From Takakia lepidozioides (Eukaryota > Plantae > Bryophyta), in contig CM060731.1 in NCBI GenBank assembly GCA_030704615.1, positions 41,664,001-41,728,000 of the forward strand: a DNA stretch of 64,000 nt, in the 5' to 3' direction. Positions 1-14,417 of this stretch are shown here, one piece after another. The notes beneath the pieces were generated by a model. The model was not told the origin of the DNA. It ran no database searches and was given only the letters and a program-made list of their open reading frames with translations. Made by a program: the position numbers and the translations under genes. How positions within the stretch are numbered: the first letter of the stretch is position 1; each line of letters begins with the position of its first letter.

Positions 1-1019
1 ATTCTGGAAGAAAAACAAATTCCAGTACTGGTACACAAATGATGGCCACTCATAAAGTGGCCGCGTGCAAGTCCCTCATCAGTAGGCTATGCAATCCCGA
101 CCGAAAAGCAACAAAGAGATGGCGTACGACCCCCCATGACGGTTACGCTGCCTTTAATGCCATCCCTTGCCTCCTACTTTTGGGCCTTTTCTCATTCAAT
201 GCTCTCACACGCCTCGCCACTGGCGACATACCAGACCTCCAGTCCTTTTGCCCTTAATGCACCGCTGCGACCTCACAGTCTCCCACTGCGCGCAATGTAC
301 TGGGCAATGTTGATCAGACTTCAGACTATCTTCACAGTTCCCATAATACAACAGAATAGTGTATGCCCTTCTGCACGTGGAGCTATGATTCTGTTGTTGC
401 CAGCTCTTCCCACGCACACAATTCTCTTGCAATTCTGTATGCTTTCCCAAAAGCATTTCTGGATGGAATTCACCCCACAGTATCAGAACAAAAACTTGTG
501 GGGCTAACTTTGCCAGTACCATGCTGGAGCTGATGGGCATTTACATACGTATAGATCTAGTGTTTTCGTATTGTTTGTGTACAAAGCAAGTCAAGGAAGA
601 GAGAGAGAGAGAGTTTACAGTTGCAAGTATAATAATAGCTAGGCAGGCTCTGATCCTTTCCCTTATAAAAACAAAGAACCCACCTACAAAAGAGAGAAAA
701 GGAAAGCGCTGAGGGACTGACAGTTATGGCTGCCTGCACAGAAACGGTTTCTCTTTATTGGGACTCCGTCAGAAGTTGCTCCTTTTGGTGTGCAGCTGCC
801 AAGTTTAGTGCCATTTGGACCAAGTTATGAGTTAGTTTACTAAATGGGATGCTCTTTGGTGCAGAAGGGCCTCTGTCCCCTTTTACTCAAAAAAAAAAAA
901 AAAAAACGGCTGGGCACTGGCAAGATCTTCAGATGTATGTCCAACTAACTTATGGGTATGCCTCTAATACGTCCCCCCCCCCCCCCCCCTCCAAAACAAT
1001 GGATGGTAGTGATGTGGGT

Positions 1020-1503
1020 AGCGAATCACAAATTGATGGAAATTTAGAGATTTAGGGTTTGTGTGGAGAATGCTTGGTAGGGATGTTTGATAGCAAACAG
1101 TATGGAAAAACTAAATAGAATCACAAATGGATGGAAATCTAGAGATTTAGGGTTTGTTTGGAGAATGCTTGGTAGGGATGTTTGATAGCAAACAGTATGG
1201 AAAAACTAAATAGAATCACAAATGGATGGAAATCTAGAGATTTAGGGTTTGTGTGGAGAATGCTTGGTATGGATGTTTGAGAGCAATATGGATGTTTTGA
1301 TAGCAAACAGTATGAAAAACTAAATAGAATCACAAATTGATGGAAATTTACAGATTTAGGGTTTGTGTGAGAATGCTTGGTATGGATGTTTGATAGCAAA
1401 CAGTATGAAAAAATGAAATAGAATCACAAATTGCTGGAAATTTACAGATTTAGGGTTTGTGTGGAGAATGGATGTTTGATAGCAAACAGTATGAAAAAAC
1501 TAA
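1020..1503. repeat. Tandem repeat, ~95-bp unit, about 5 copies
   Basis: Unit tagaatcacaaatggatggaaatctagagatttagggtttgtgtggagaatgcttggtagggatgtttgatagcaaacagtatggaaaaactaaa recurs at ~1020, 1116, 1211, ~1325 and ~1419; each unit has one TTTAGGG. Confidence 0.9.
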
Positions 1504-4360
1504 GTACTGGGACTCCATCTTTAAGGAGGGGCTCACTAGGGAATACCAAGACCAACGCTGCACCCTAGGGATCAATATACACTGAGTTCCAATGCGGTCC
1601 AAAGATCGATATGCGACAAGCGCCATGAAAAGAATAGCGGGGTGTGAACCGGTGCATGTAGAGCTTCTGTGCTTAGGGGGCTTAGGGGGCACTGTCATGC
1701 GCACAGAAAGCTTCTCCCCGGATCAAATCCACATGGGGGGCGCATAAGTTGGTGTTTACATTGTGAGGTCCACCCGACCGCAAATCCGCAAATCCGGAGG
1801 CTTTGCCAGCTAAGTTTATCTTATCTCCATCGGCCAAACCGCAGCGACCAATTCGTCCCTATAACACTTGAAGCGGTGGGTTGTAGGTAGCCTGAAACAC
1901 CCACCGAAGAATGCTAGAGCTGCTACCTTCAAGTCATGTTTGTCACGGAAGCTTGTGACGAAACTTCCACTTATTCCACCGTCTCTATTTCCTTGACCTC
2001 CAAAATGCCCCCAAAGCCCCCCCAAACTGTTGTTTGTTGGGTATTAGAAACTATTGGAGAGACGTCATTTTATTGTGTTTGAAGAGAGAACACCAGCCCA
2101 AACTTTTTGTGGGACTTGTTCTTAGCAGGTGAGGAAATGTTTGTGCAGAGAACAAGTCCTTTGTATGGTCAGTGAGTAGTGAGTGGTGGATAATTCAGGA
2201 GGGCTTGTCCAAGCTATGGTTCCCAAGCTTGCCATGACTGGGTCAACCCAAAGTTTCAAAGCTCAAGAATGTCCAGACCACAGTATTTTTGGGGAAGATG
2301 ACCCACAAGGACTCTTGAGCAATTGGTGATGGCAATGCTAGGTCTTATATGAGCTTCCTGCTCACCCTCTTGTCTTTTTGCACACAGGGATTTGCTTTGC
2401 ATATCTGTCCAATCTTGTTTGCAGGCCATCAGCTGTCATTCTTTTGTGGGTTTGTGACATACGAGTCTCTTCTGTATTTCACTTGTCTGATCGGAAAGCA
2501 CCGAACACAAATACTTCACCCGCACTACGGAGAAAGCCCAATTGCGCACTTTGGCTTACCACACACATATTGGACATGAAAACATCCTCCTCTGCAGTCC
2601 CCCTTTTTTTCTTTTTCTAAAGGATTGCTAATGAGAGAAAGGGTTTTTTTTTTTTTTTTTTTGGGTTCTCTTGTTCTAGGCAATATGATCATTGACAAGG
2701 AGCCTGTGTAGGTGTGATGATATGCTAATGATGGTATCTATCCATGTCATCTCTGAACCACTGAAGTGTGTGAGGCGTGTGTTATGTGGGCCTTGCAATT
2801 TTTAGGGTTTTATCTTGATAGATTTGTTGGATGAAGCTTACTAGCTTGTTATAACCATGTTTACAGCGCGCTACGGATTTGGGTTTACTAACAGAACAGT
2901 GGCAACGAGAAAGTATAGTTGATAGATGTGATGCGACCAATGGTTGGTATATCATTGAAAAGGTCCAGTGGACGTCACTCACCTTAGCAATGGAACAACA
3001 CTGTCTGTATAAAGATGTCCGTAATGTAGGGCCATTTGCACAGCACACATCCGGGCGGTGCCGTATGGTTTGGGACTTGTGGTAAGAAGTTTTGTGCTAG
3101 CCAAGGGCCCGGATGGGGGGGGCAGGGGGGGGTGTACACTACCAAAAACCAATTTTTCATTACCGTCCGTTATCAACTATATTGCAACACCCAATCGTCC
3201 ATTGAATGACATGGGTTTGCATTGTTTTGGAATTTCAGTATAAATTCCGGACCTCTTATGATACTATACCATGTGAAGGTGCGCGTAGAGGAAGGTCACA
3301 TTGGGTTAGCTCATGGGCCACTCACTCTCTTTGTGAGTGAGTAGAGAGATAAGATGGATGGGAAATCATCATATATATATCCACAAAATGCACCGTCATG
3401 TCATGGTGAAGTTGAGAAACTGGTCGATTGCAAGACAAAAAGGAAAAAAAAAATTAAAGAGGAGACATTGTTCCAGAATTTTCGGGGATCTTGCATTGTG
3501 GGTTTTTGTTGGTTTGGAATTTCTGTTGGTGGGTCTGTCACGGAGAAACCGCTTGCGGACTGGCCAATGCCTTTTTGGAGAATCCAACTGTATTAGTTAG
3601 TCTTTTTGGTCTTTAGTTTTTGTTTGTGCGAGCAGGTTCTTGGCATGGATCGGAAGGAGTACCGAACTGGGTTGCAGTTTCGATGTATTGGATACTGATA
3701 CTGTACTGATACTGTAATCTAGTAGTCTGCATACGTAAGAGATGTGCAACAGAAGCTCTTTTGGTGGGAGAGTAAAAAGGCAAGAGAGGCGGGCATGGAT
3801 GGGGGTGGTGGGACTGGAGGGGGGGACAGGCACGGGTGTACTTGCTGACGTGAATGGTCTACCTGGCAGGACGTATAGCGGGCCTGCAGCAGGAGGACAG
3901 TGTCTGAGCAGCCATTGTACGCAGACTGACTTTGGATCCACCCATCGGCAGATGCAATCGCTGGGAGCTTGAGCTTTGGTAGCGTAGCCTCAAGCTTTCT
4001 ACCAGAGCATGTCGTTTTCGGCTGGGAATTCTGTCAGTGGGGGGGATTGTAAATCATATATTTACAGACGCAGGCTGCTACTACTTGAAGGTGATCAATC
4101 CCTCTCTGTCATTACCTCACTCACAGCTTCTCAATCCTGGAGCAGCTGCTTGTCTTGTGCCTCGGTCGACTAGGTTTTAGATCAACATGTTTCTGATCTG
4201 GATTCAAGTGAAGGAGCAAGCGGATGTCTTGTCTTGTGCAACTGCAGCCCAACATGGTTTGAGAGAGAGCACTTCAAGGTGATTTGGCAATCTGCAATGG
4301 AATGGCATGCGTTATTGCCATCCGGTCTCGGGCGCAGATCCGAAAGCGGAAGAGGTGGTG

Positions 4361-4470
4361 ACGAGAGCGGGGCTGCCTGGCTCCCTGTATGCCACCTGCG
4401 GAGCTTGCCAAAGGCATTGCCAGGCTGCCTAGCTGGCATGCAGGGAGCCATGCAGACCCTTCCTCGACTG
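4361..4470 (+). ncRNA. MIR160: miR160 precursor hairpin (mature 4374-4394; star arm ~4434-4456)
   Basis: 4374-4394 TGCCTGGCTCCCTGTATGCCA is the canonical land-plant miR160. 4434-4454 TGGCATGCAGGGAGCCATGCA is its near-perfect complement. A GT..AG intron-like segment follows at 4512-4570. Confidence 0.95.
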
Positions 4471-7400
4471 CTCTCTCTTTCAGCCCCAATCTTCTATCCA
4501 CTGTTTATCAGGTAGGCCCTTTCATTTAGCTTGCAGTACTTGATTCGTGTTTAGTTTGTGTGCTTTACAGGGTTGCAAGAGGCAAAGGTCACGAAGGACA
4601 TGTTGGGTGGCTCGAGTTTAAAGGAAATATCTCTGAAGTCAATACACCAATTCTATCCCTCCAGAAACTGGTTCACTTTTCCCCTTGGTCTCTCATTCCT
4701 CGTGCACTGAATTGAATGACTTGACAATATGGGCCTGATTTGGTGTCCGTTGTTCGAAGCTCGACATTCTACAATTAGACTAGTTACATCAGTGGGCCGC
4801 TCACAGTCAAATAAGAGTTACATGTCTGAACCTGTCGAGGATTGTTCCTCACAAACTTGAGCGGCACTTGGAGGTCAGTAGACTGTAGTCATGCGTTGGT
4901 CCACTTGTGTTGCTGAAAGACAAAGGAAACTGTTTGAAAAGGCGACCAACTGGTGTACTTCCCAGATCATGGCGCAGTTTTGTTTTTGGCAGTTTTCCGA
5001 GGTGGGTTTGCTTTCAAGTAGGTTTGCAGTTGACCGAGGATCCTGACTTCAGATGGTGCACTGTTTTCTATATAAAGCTGGGCACCATTGCGTGGTCCTT
5101 TGAGTGGCATTTGTTGGTCTCACGTGCACATATGGATGAACTGTTAACTTAAATGCTCTGAAGAATTGTGCTTGTACTGATGGGCCAGCTTCAATCTGTA
5201 CATGTGCTTTTCTAATTCTAACTGCACGCCCGGGAGAAAAGCGATTCGGCAATGGCTGTGCTCTGCGGGCGTGGCCTCTAAATGCGTCGAAATTTCACTC
5301 AGATGCATGCACTTAATCCGATCCATCCACATTGGGTGAAAGAACATATGAAATGCTTTCCACAAGTTAATTATCAGATCCCCATAGAACTGGTGAAGGC
5401 AGCTCTTCAGCGAGTGCCGATTGCAGATCTTGGCAACCGTGTCGACCTGAATGAATCATCTAGATTTTAATATCTTTCGGATTCAAGATTAATTAACTCG
5501 TCAAGTATATAGTGCTGTACTTGTATACATTCCAGTGCCAACTGATTTGCCAGTGCTCGATTTCCTATCAGGAGGAAGACGATGTTCCCGATTGCTCTGA
5601 TCCGTTTACTGTCGACGAGGAGGTTCAGATGTGGTGCTGTGTCACGCGATCTTCTCACCCTGCACAATGTATTAATCAAGTGCATCTCTCTTTCTCCCTC
5701 GCCTCAGAAGCACTGTGCCCTTTTCTAGACAGTTAATGCCGGTGCGGTCATGGCCAGTTGTCACATCTGCGACCAAATTGCGGCTAGGGCAGCAGTGCAC
5801 TGGAGTATGCAACATTATGTACGATTTCTCTGCACCGGCTCATGTACATTATCATTGACCAATTTCGTGAACAGGATTGTGATGGGCTGCTTGCAATGTA
5901 CATCCTGGTGGCATTGCAATCAAGGGTTCCATGCCCTGGTAGGTAGAAGGCTCCATAAGAGGGGTAAAATCTGGCAATGTTCGGGCAACGACCGACCGAT
6001 GACCCAGGTACAGTCTTTCAATAAGCACTTGGGTGTGTCTCTTTAGCAAAGTCACATGGAGTAAGTCCAGTCTCTGTTGTGGGTCCAACTTGGATTGGCT
6101 CGTGATCCATCCAGAATGCTGCGTAGCAAAGGCATGATTTCGCAAATTATTTATGCATGTCGAGCTGTTCAGACGCTGTCAGTACTTTGGGAAAACTGTT
6201 GGCAGCGTAGCCGCAAGAGAGAGCGCATAATGCAAATGAATCGGTTTACCTAAGGAGCGGTAAGTCTTTGTGCAAGATGTCATGCTCAGTGTTATGTCTG
6301 CGTGCACAGTGCAAAAAGGGCTTCTCAATATCGTTTAGACAATACTTGAAGATTGACAGTGCTACACCTAACTTGAAGCTCGGCTGTTGAAGAGTTTTTA
6401 GTACGTTGTTTTTCCTTAACTACTGCTGTCTTGGCTGTAGCTCAAGTTCGCTCGATTCTCGTTCGATTGACTTCTCAAACTTGTAAGCTTTCATGAATGG
6501 AAATTCTTCAGAACTGAACACATGGTGTACTTATCAATTGAGATACAGTAAGAGAGGATTCCCAAGTAATGTGCCGACACTCATTTATTAGTGATTGAGT
6601 TTGTCTGACTGCAACAGGCCACGTCTATAGATTCTTCTGATGAGACGTACCTGGGAGGTAATATTTTGATAAGTTCCAAAACTTCTGGCAACCATGCTTC
6701 GCAAGATTCCCTCTCTCTGAGACTGATCATCACCATTGAATTCATGTAAGGAAGTACATGTATACTTCTGCAAGTTTGCCAGCGACCAGCTGAGGTTTTA
6801 TGTGGGCTCTCGATCTAGAGCGAGCATTTTGAATCCTTTTCTGGGTATATATAGGCATCCTCTGGATAAAAGATACGTGTGACTGGATATGCACCTGCTG
6901 CTTGCACTCTTGTCAGCTGCCATGAATGGCTTCCGTGGCCATCTCCTTTGCAACTTCTAGTGGGCGTATCTACCTTGGTGCACGTGACTCGTCCCTCTTG
7001 ATCAAACCATCCGTGTGCATTTTGCAACTTCCTTAAATCTTGCCCTATTGGTGTGGGTTTTAGGATGGAGAGGCACAAGCCAGCGTATCCGTTTAGGTAC
7101 TTCAACAAAAGCTCAATTTTTTAGGCTGTGCTAAGATTGGGATTTACAGTAGTGCGCCTCATTCATATGAACACAAGGCTTTCAGCTCATGGGGGGTGAG
7201 GCAAGCTGTCCAGAAGATCTCGGTTGCACTTCCATAGGTCCAGATCAGATCAGATACAGGTCAAGTGTCTTATTATGAACAACAGACCATGATTTGAAAT
7301 GGAATTCACGAATCCTGAGCATGTATACTTCTGATACATACATGTGCATCTAAGTATATGCCTTCTTTCACTGTAGAAAATTCTACTTTTTGAAAGAGAG

Positions 7401-8830
7401 AATCAAGGTTCTAGATAGCTAGCAGGTAGCAACTCACCAGAAACTTGTAGCAAGAACTGGGCGGTATTGACTTTGTATGAAAATCGTTAGAGTTACAGTC
7501 CTTTCCAAATATGCTCGAAAATTTCTGGGCAGGTCAAAATCACGTGAAAGGTATGGATCTGTGCTTTTATGTCCCTGGGAAGTCCCCGTGCACAACATTC
7601 CAAGACCGCGAACCTCAGCCTGTATGTAACTAACACAAGTTCCCCATCAGTGGAACCGATTAACAATAAAACAATCGGTGGCACAGCGTACTGGGTCCAC
7701 CTTGGACTGAATGTAAGAGTTACAATCACAGCGAGATCACAGAGTCGTAAATCGAAGTGTGCACTGAATACAATGCTATGAAGGTACTTGAACTTACTTT
7801 TCCAGTCTAGAGCCGAGACCTTTCCAATTCATAATGCCCCAGGGCTACACGGCCATGATCTTCTTACGTGTACAGCATGCCCCCAGTAGGCCTGAATGTC
7901 CTGAAGGAAAACCTTGGGTGTATGGCTCCCTTCGGAGCGACGTGATTGCAGAGTTCCAGTAAACCAGATATGTGGCAGGCAATGCCAATCCTCGCACACA
8001 GATCGGAAGCGGTAAAGCAAGCATCCTAACACTCAGCCTCACTAAATCGGAGGGATGACACTATTAGGACAATATTCCATGGCTGCTTGCTTGGAGCAGT
8101 TTTACAGCACAAACCAGATCTAGTAGAGAAGGAAGACGTACACACAAGCCTACATTTTCCTTGGGAGAAGGCCAGGCGTTGGTAGGCAAGCTTGAATCTA
8201 ACAAGCACATTTTCTTTTGGCAGCCTTCTAGTCTGTTTGTTTGCTTTACTTCATACCTATCATTTTGGAAGCTCTAGTAGTCCTATATCCATGCATTTCT
8301 CTCAAAAACAGACTGTATGACATAAGAAGATATACCAGAGAGTGTAGTGCATGAGGGATGCATATGAAGAACTCATACCTATGTTTTAAGGGAATGTGGG
8401 TACTTTTCCTTAGCCAGATAGATTCCATTCATGAACCTCAACACTTACGAACTTACTGGTTATGCTGGACTACGAAGACATTTCATCTTGTGCATATTAA
8501 TTTTCACTTTCCGTGCTAATTGGTGTGCTCCGTGGAAGTACATTTCCTCTCCTTGTTGCAACTGAGGATATACAACTATCAACTAAGAAAGACAATAAGT
8601 CTCAATCCTCCCAGTAGTCTTGAAGAAAAAATGAAATGCCAATGTAGCACCATGATCAAGTAAAACATAAAAATAAAAATGTTGAGAGATGATAGATGCA
8701 AGAGAAAACCATTGAGAAAAAGGCTTCTGCCAATTTACAAAAGTGTTGTGATTTGGCCCAATGTCAGGATCTCCTTGATCTCGTGCTTTAATCAGATGAG
8801 CAAGGATTTGGGCCTGAAAGTCTAGTACCC

Positions 8831-11800
8831 TCACCAATCACTGGCTGTGGCTGCCTTGCGGAAAAGCACAAGAGGCGTCTGCTCATCTGCATTGCCTGCC
8901 ATACACACAAACAAGGACTTATACAATCTTTCAGCACATATCCCCATGACCTAGCAGTCTTCATTTACCTAGAGCTACATACTTTGTAACTTGTTACAAC
9001 TAGCTCAGACGTATTTCTTTAAATTAGCTGCATCATTTCTCTTTGAAGCCTTAAGATTGACAGGAAAATCTGCGTGAAGCTCTGAGACCATGTTGATGAC
9101 TTTATTCAATCCACAAAATTGCTCCCACATGAATCAATCAGTGCCATGAAGTAAATTGGGACTGCAATTGGGCTTGAACACTAAGAAACCAACCAACAAA
9201 AAGCAGCCAAGTACCAGCAGGGTTGTCTAGCAGAGCTGCTTCAAGGGCCTTGTGATCAACACCATTAGAGGCCTGCCATATGCAGCCCATTCCAAATAAG
9301 ATTACTTTGTCTGATTTGTACAAACATATGCCAATGACGGTCACTAATCCCAGCATTGAACTGCTGTATCCAAGACCTTACGAACTGGACAAGGAGAATA
9401 CCCATGTGTTAAAACAGCCGAAACAATATACAAAAGTTTTCTTGTCCCAAGCCATTGCTTGCCCCATATAAGATGGTATCCTTTAAATACCCAGCTCCAG
9501 ATCAGCATAAATAGACAGTTGAACTCAAACCAATTGAGCCACCACTTAGTCTGGACTGCCAACAACAGGGAGATGGTTGAACTTACAGCTAAGATTTGGA
9601 CTTTTTTGAGATCGTTCACATCCACAATGGCAACTTCACAGCCTACAAACAATCCATCAAACATTTAGCTAAACAAGGTTATACATCATTGAAACAGCTA
9701 TCGCTACACAAAAAGGTCACATAGCTGTTGCATAATCACAAGCAGTTTGCAAGCTACAAGTCACTGCCGGAATTCCCATTTGAACATAATGGCTAAGCAT
9801 GATGGGGTACATTGGCATAACAAACACATGGATGGTGATAGCATACACCAAGCTCACCTGTTTTAGCCTTGAGGGCATCAACAGTTTCCTGAACTCGCAC
9901 CTGAATCACAGACCGTCCTGTTGCAGTTTAGAACAATGCAGATAGAGACAAGGTTGGATACCTTCTACAACATAAAAGAATATGAAATACCATAGGATCA
10001 GAAACCCACGTACAGGTCCAAGACAGATGTATTGATCGTATGGTGGCAGAGTGCCAGTAACATCATCGATCAGCCTTGCCTGCAAGAACCAACCACAACT
10101 TTTCATTCCTCCAGCTCTCTGGACTTGTCAACGACTCAATTTCTACGCGGAAGGTGTTGCTGTGCTAACCACTAAACAAGGCTAGATTCAAACTCTGATC
10201 ATATTAATAGGTTATGTCACACGCCCTTTAATCACAGCCCGTCGCTGACGTTCGTCAAGCGGGCCATGTGGGTTGAAGCCGTTTCTTCGGATGATTATGT
10301 TACGATGGTATCCACACAAGCAGCCTAAATTCCCTCCACTCTGACCTCCTCATACCTCATAAAAACCTCTCCAGATGCTTTAAAGAAATCCACCTCACCA
10401 CCATCAGATCCCTCACAGCCATCATTACCAATAAATGCAAGCTCGACAACAACCAACCCATCTAGTGGCCTTCCCTATATAATTCCCACTCCTTTAATAC
10501 CTACCCTATAGAGCCCACCCCCGACAGGGCGCAGTAGCCACAAGGCGAAGTGGATCTTAGTCACGCCAGCTTTAGCCGGGTCCCTCTCTCTCTCTTATGC
10601 CACACATTGTTTCCCAGTTGTCTTTTGCTGCTTGGTTAGTAAGTTTGCATGTAGCAACAAACCCCCATCCATCTCCTCAACTCGCCTCTCTTTAGTCATC
10701 TTCTTCACCAGTTTAAACATGAAACGAGGAAGGTTTTGGGTATTGGGTTTTTACAAACCTGCTCCCCTGCAAGCCTGTAGAACATGCCCCTAATACCCAC
10801 CAATCTGCAGTGGCCCCCGCAGCAGCATGTTAGAGTGTACAGAGGCTCAAGAGTAAATTGCCTGAGATCCACAGCAATAAACTGTGAAGAAAAATTGCCA
10901 TCCAAGACATAAACAACCTTATGGGTCTCCAGTGGACAATAGTCCTTGAGGAAACTTCGACATCTACCTGGCAATGACCGCAAAAATGACTGCAGCCACA
11001 ACCCTTAGTCGTCCGGAAACATCAACTAGAGCCTGCATGCACACAATGTCTGCTTAGTCAGGAAATCCACTCCATACAGTTATGCAACTAGGGCGATGTC
11101 ACCTGACAATAGTGTTAAGTATTGCACACTCTCTGGTCGACAATTCATTAGCACTTGTCAATGCTGCAGCCCTGCTTACTTTGTCCAAGAAGAAAGTTAG
11201 GTATTGCTACAGCGTCCTACTGGTGCCCCAAACAGTTGCCTAACACATAAGCTGATCTACCACACAGGTGCTTTTTCAGCAGTGGATGTACTTGAAAAAT
11301 ATCCTTCAACATAATTCAGCATTCCCAGATGGCAAAATATTCCGTTGAAATGAACTTGTAAAGAGGATGCACCTGAATACCACAGGCAGTAGCCAAAGAT
11401 GATGTGGGGTGAAACAATCGACATACTAGCCTTGCCAGCACTCCAGGGTTTACTCCTTGTGGATGTCGAAATCGCCCTGCTCACAACCATAGTTTAATTT
11501 GAATAATGCATCCACATTGACAAGCCAGTGGACAACATAGCAGATAATATCAGGATCATCCTAGCAAGTATTGATCCACTCTGCACATAAGCTATTGTGG
11601 TAATGCAAGGAGGCACAGAGTTTAGAGCAAGGCAGCACCTTGCATGATGGCAAGGGGTGTCTCCCCTATGGCAATCACATCTCCCACCCTGGCATGCTGC
11701 AGTACATACCTGTACACACCTTCACTGACAACTGTTACAAGAAAACCCATCTCCTTCCAAAGAAAAATTCATCAAGCTGGTCAAGATCTAGATACCTGAG

Positions 11801-14417
11801 GTGAATCATCAAGAATCTTGACTGCATCTTTCGAGTCTTTGTTATGCTCTATTCGTAAAACAATACATCGGATCTACAAGAAGGGGCCAGTTAATAAGTC
11901 ATTGCCTTTGTGAGTGAAAATTTCTATCAGTGGCCCTTGCAAGTAGATAAGTGTTGTTAGCTCCAGGGCAGCAAGTAAATTTGACGCAGTCAGCCTCTGG
12001 TTCTGAAGGAAAGGAATACTGGCACCAAGGATGACAACTGGCAGCAAACGGTGCCAGCTGCCAGTTGGGCAAGGGGGTAGACCAGGGGAAACTAGAGGCT
12101 GACCCCTTTTGTTGGCTAGGAGATCCATTATATGTAAACCATCCAGGTAGCATAATGCACTTGTTAACAGCAGTTTTATATTTGAAGGGTGTCATGAGAC
12201 AAAGCCTCCCTCTTTTCTGCCCTTCTTAGGAACTACAAGTTGCAGGGCTCTACTTGTTCTACAATTACATCTACAGTGGCTGTTGACTCTTTCAAACTGG
12301 TTGTAAAAGTAAGGTATCTACATGATCTTATATAAGCTGAGACATGACATCTTTGCCATGCCTAAGACAACAAACTTGATCACAACAACTGTATAGTCAC
12401 AAATGATCTTCCATGACAGAAAAAAGAGAAAAGCGAGTGATCATAAGACACTTGAGAAAGCATACATACGTGCGCAGGACTTGCAAAGGATCATCCAAAT
12501 GCGAAAGAAGATGGGTGGCAATTGGAAGAATCATCCCGATCCTTTCCACCCTGTGCCCCAGCAGTCATACACCTTTCCCTATGGATCAGCCAACTTCAGG
12601 TAAATTGTTCATAATGTTTGCAACACAGTCGTCTCTCCACAACGCCTTTTACAGAATAAATGCCTTATTTCCAGTCATCCAGAGAACAGAAGCTCAAACA
12701 GGATGCATCTAAGGAGGTGTTGTTGGACTTGCTGTACAGAGTACCTGCAGCTTGGAGCAAGGGCAACTGACAGTGGGGGCCAAGGTGCAATTTTCTATGG
12801 CGGTCCTGGTCTACAAAGTCTGGTACTCACTTGCGCCAGCGGGCAGCCCTTGAAGAAACAGCTGGATAATGCAGCGGCAAAATTACATGCTGACAGTGAA
12901 ATGTCCGCCCATGTGGACCATATGACACATATTCCATTTCCACACGCACTGCCTGCATAGCACAACCCATTTAGCTCTCCACCATTGGCCCCTTCTCCCA
13001 ATCAATCTCTTCTTTCTCTCAAGCACCAACACAAAGTGTCGAGATATTGCTGATGTTGATGTTCCAGACAACACCTGGGTTCATATTGGAAGAGCCAGCT
13101 GGAAATGCCAGTTAGTATGAAATGCCTAAAACCTGGGCATCTAACACTCTACATGCAGGTTCCACTACTTCTCTCGAAGGCACACATAAGGTTCTTCGAG
13201 CTGTAACCACAGAACGGTAACATGTTACCTAAAAACCACGTGTGATGTTGGTTAACAAGATTCAAATTTTCTCACCAAAGACACGTAGTAATTCAGAAGT
13301 CATGCCTGGAGTTCTGCAAGTGACTTCCCAGAACTAGACTGTATGTCAACCACAACCTGCATCCAAGAACTCTGTCAAGAACATCCACATCTCACCAAAA
13401 GCTTGAATGAAAAATGTGGAGAAGAAAAAGCTTATTTACCTCTTTACAAGCTACTTTTACTTAGCTATCACACTCAACCCAAAAATGACTTTAGCATGTT
13501 CTTAAACCACACAGAACCCTTTAAGAAGTCTGATTGCCATCCACATGCATCATCTCCAACACTCAATCCACACAACAGTCACAAGAGGATTGCTGAAGGC
13601 TACACATCATAAGCTTGGTGAAAACCACACAAAATCCACAACAAGGGCCACCTTATTCCAGGTTATTCCAGGACTAAGTGTACCTCCATAGCTGTGGATT
13701 CTCCAGCACGGGTGATATAAGCTCGCCAATACCCATCCTGCCTTGCTGGTGGCTTACCACCAGGATGCCTTGGCAAAATCTGACCGACAAGTACAGAGTC
13801 TGTGATTCAGTTTTGACACCCAAAACTATGAACAGGAAAAAAAAAATGGGGCACTGAGGCTTTTTATTCTTCACAAAGCTTGAGCAGTGTTTTAGCCACT
13901 TGCAAAACAGAAGAAAAGAGAGCACCTGCACAGATGTGGTGACTGAATGAAGTGAGGCGTTCGACAGCAGCTGCAACTTGCCACGTACTTCTGGCACAAA
14001 GAGTTCATACTGCTTTGTTGTATTGCAAAACCTGCAACAAATAACCATTTCAAAATGGTGACAGGCAGCAGGACTACCTGAGTCCGTAGCAGCTGTTCTC
14101 CTAAATGAAACACTTGAGATGTGATCAGGAGACATACTGGCCAACCAACTCCCGACAAGCTACCTTGGCCAATTGCTGATAGACCCAGAATCACACGGAT
14201 ATGGACAAGCATGGAAAGCAGTTCAAGAACATACACTTTTTAGAGACTTGAGCACCCCTATTAATATCAACCCTGTTGCATTTCTTCTGAACAAATACAA
14301 TACACAAACTGCACAGAAAACAAACTGCATAGTTCCACGCAGTTGGTAGTGACATAATTCTTGCACATCCCAGCTCCAGTGGCCTCGTGTCAATACCAGG
14401 CCATCACCCAAGTTCCG
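8831..14417 (-). CDS. F420-0:gamma-glutamyl ligase (CofE)-like protein, cyanobacterial/plastid type; multi-exon; 5' end unresolved (probably extends to ~14845 and ~16310-16451)
   Basis: Phase-consistent exons 14326-14417, 13926-14031, 13684-13779, 13306-13356, 12831-12952, 12470-12550, 11639-11709, 11373-11476, 10968-11032, 10759-10804, 10014-10079, 9858-9900, 9587-9642, 9215-9272, 8831-8895. They splice to [111 protein letters not shown], which I recognise as the cyanobacterial F420-ligase family motif series. Confidence 0.85.

Noticed and set aside
1-500. LINE C-terminal relic (minus-strand FRSGLHSL)
   Set aside because: One weak motif only; not enough to call.
4700-8500. Possible endogenous RNA-virus polymerase (minus-strand FNGDDQ at ~6730, YWGH at ~7885)
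   Set aside because: Motifs are isolated, spacing does not fit RdRp A-B-C, and frames are short on both strands; more simply non-coding DNA downstream of MIR160. A tBLASTx search would settle it.
11257-11490. Gypsy RT/RNaseH-like LGMLNY peptide
   Set aside because: Alternative-frame/intron translation overlapping a genuine CofE-like exon.
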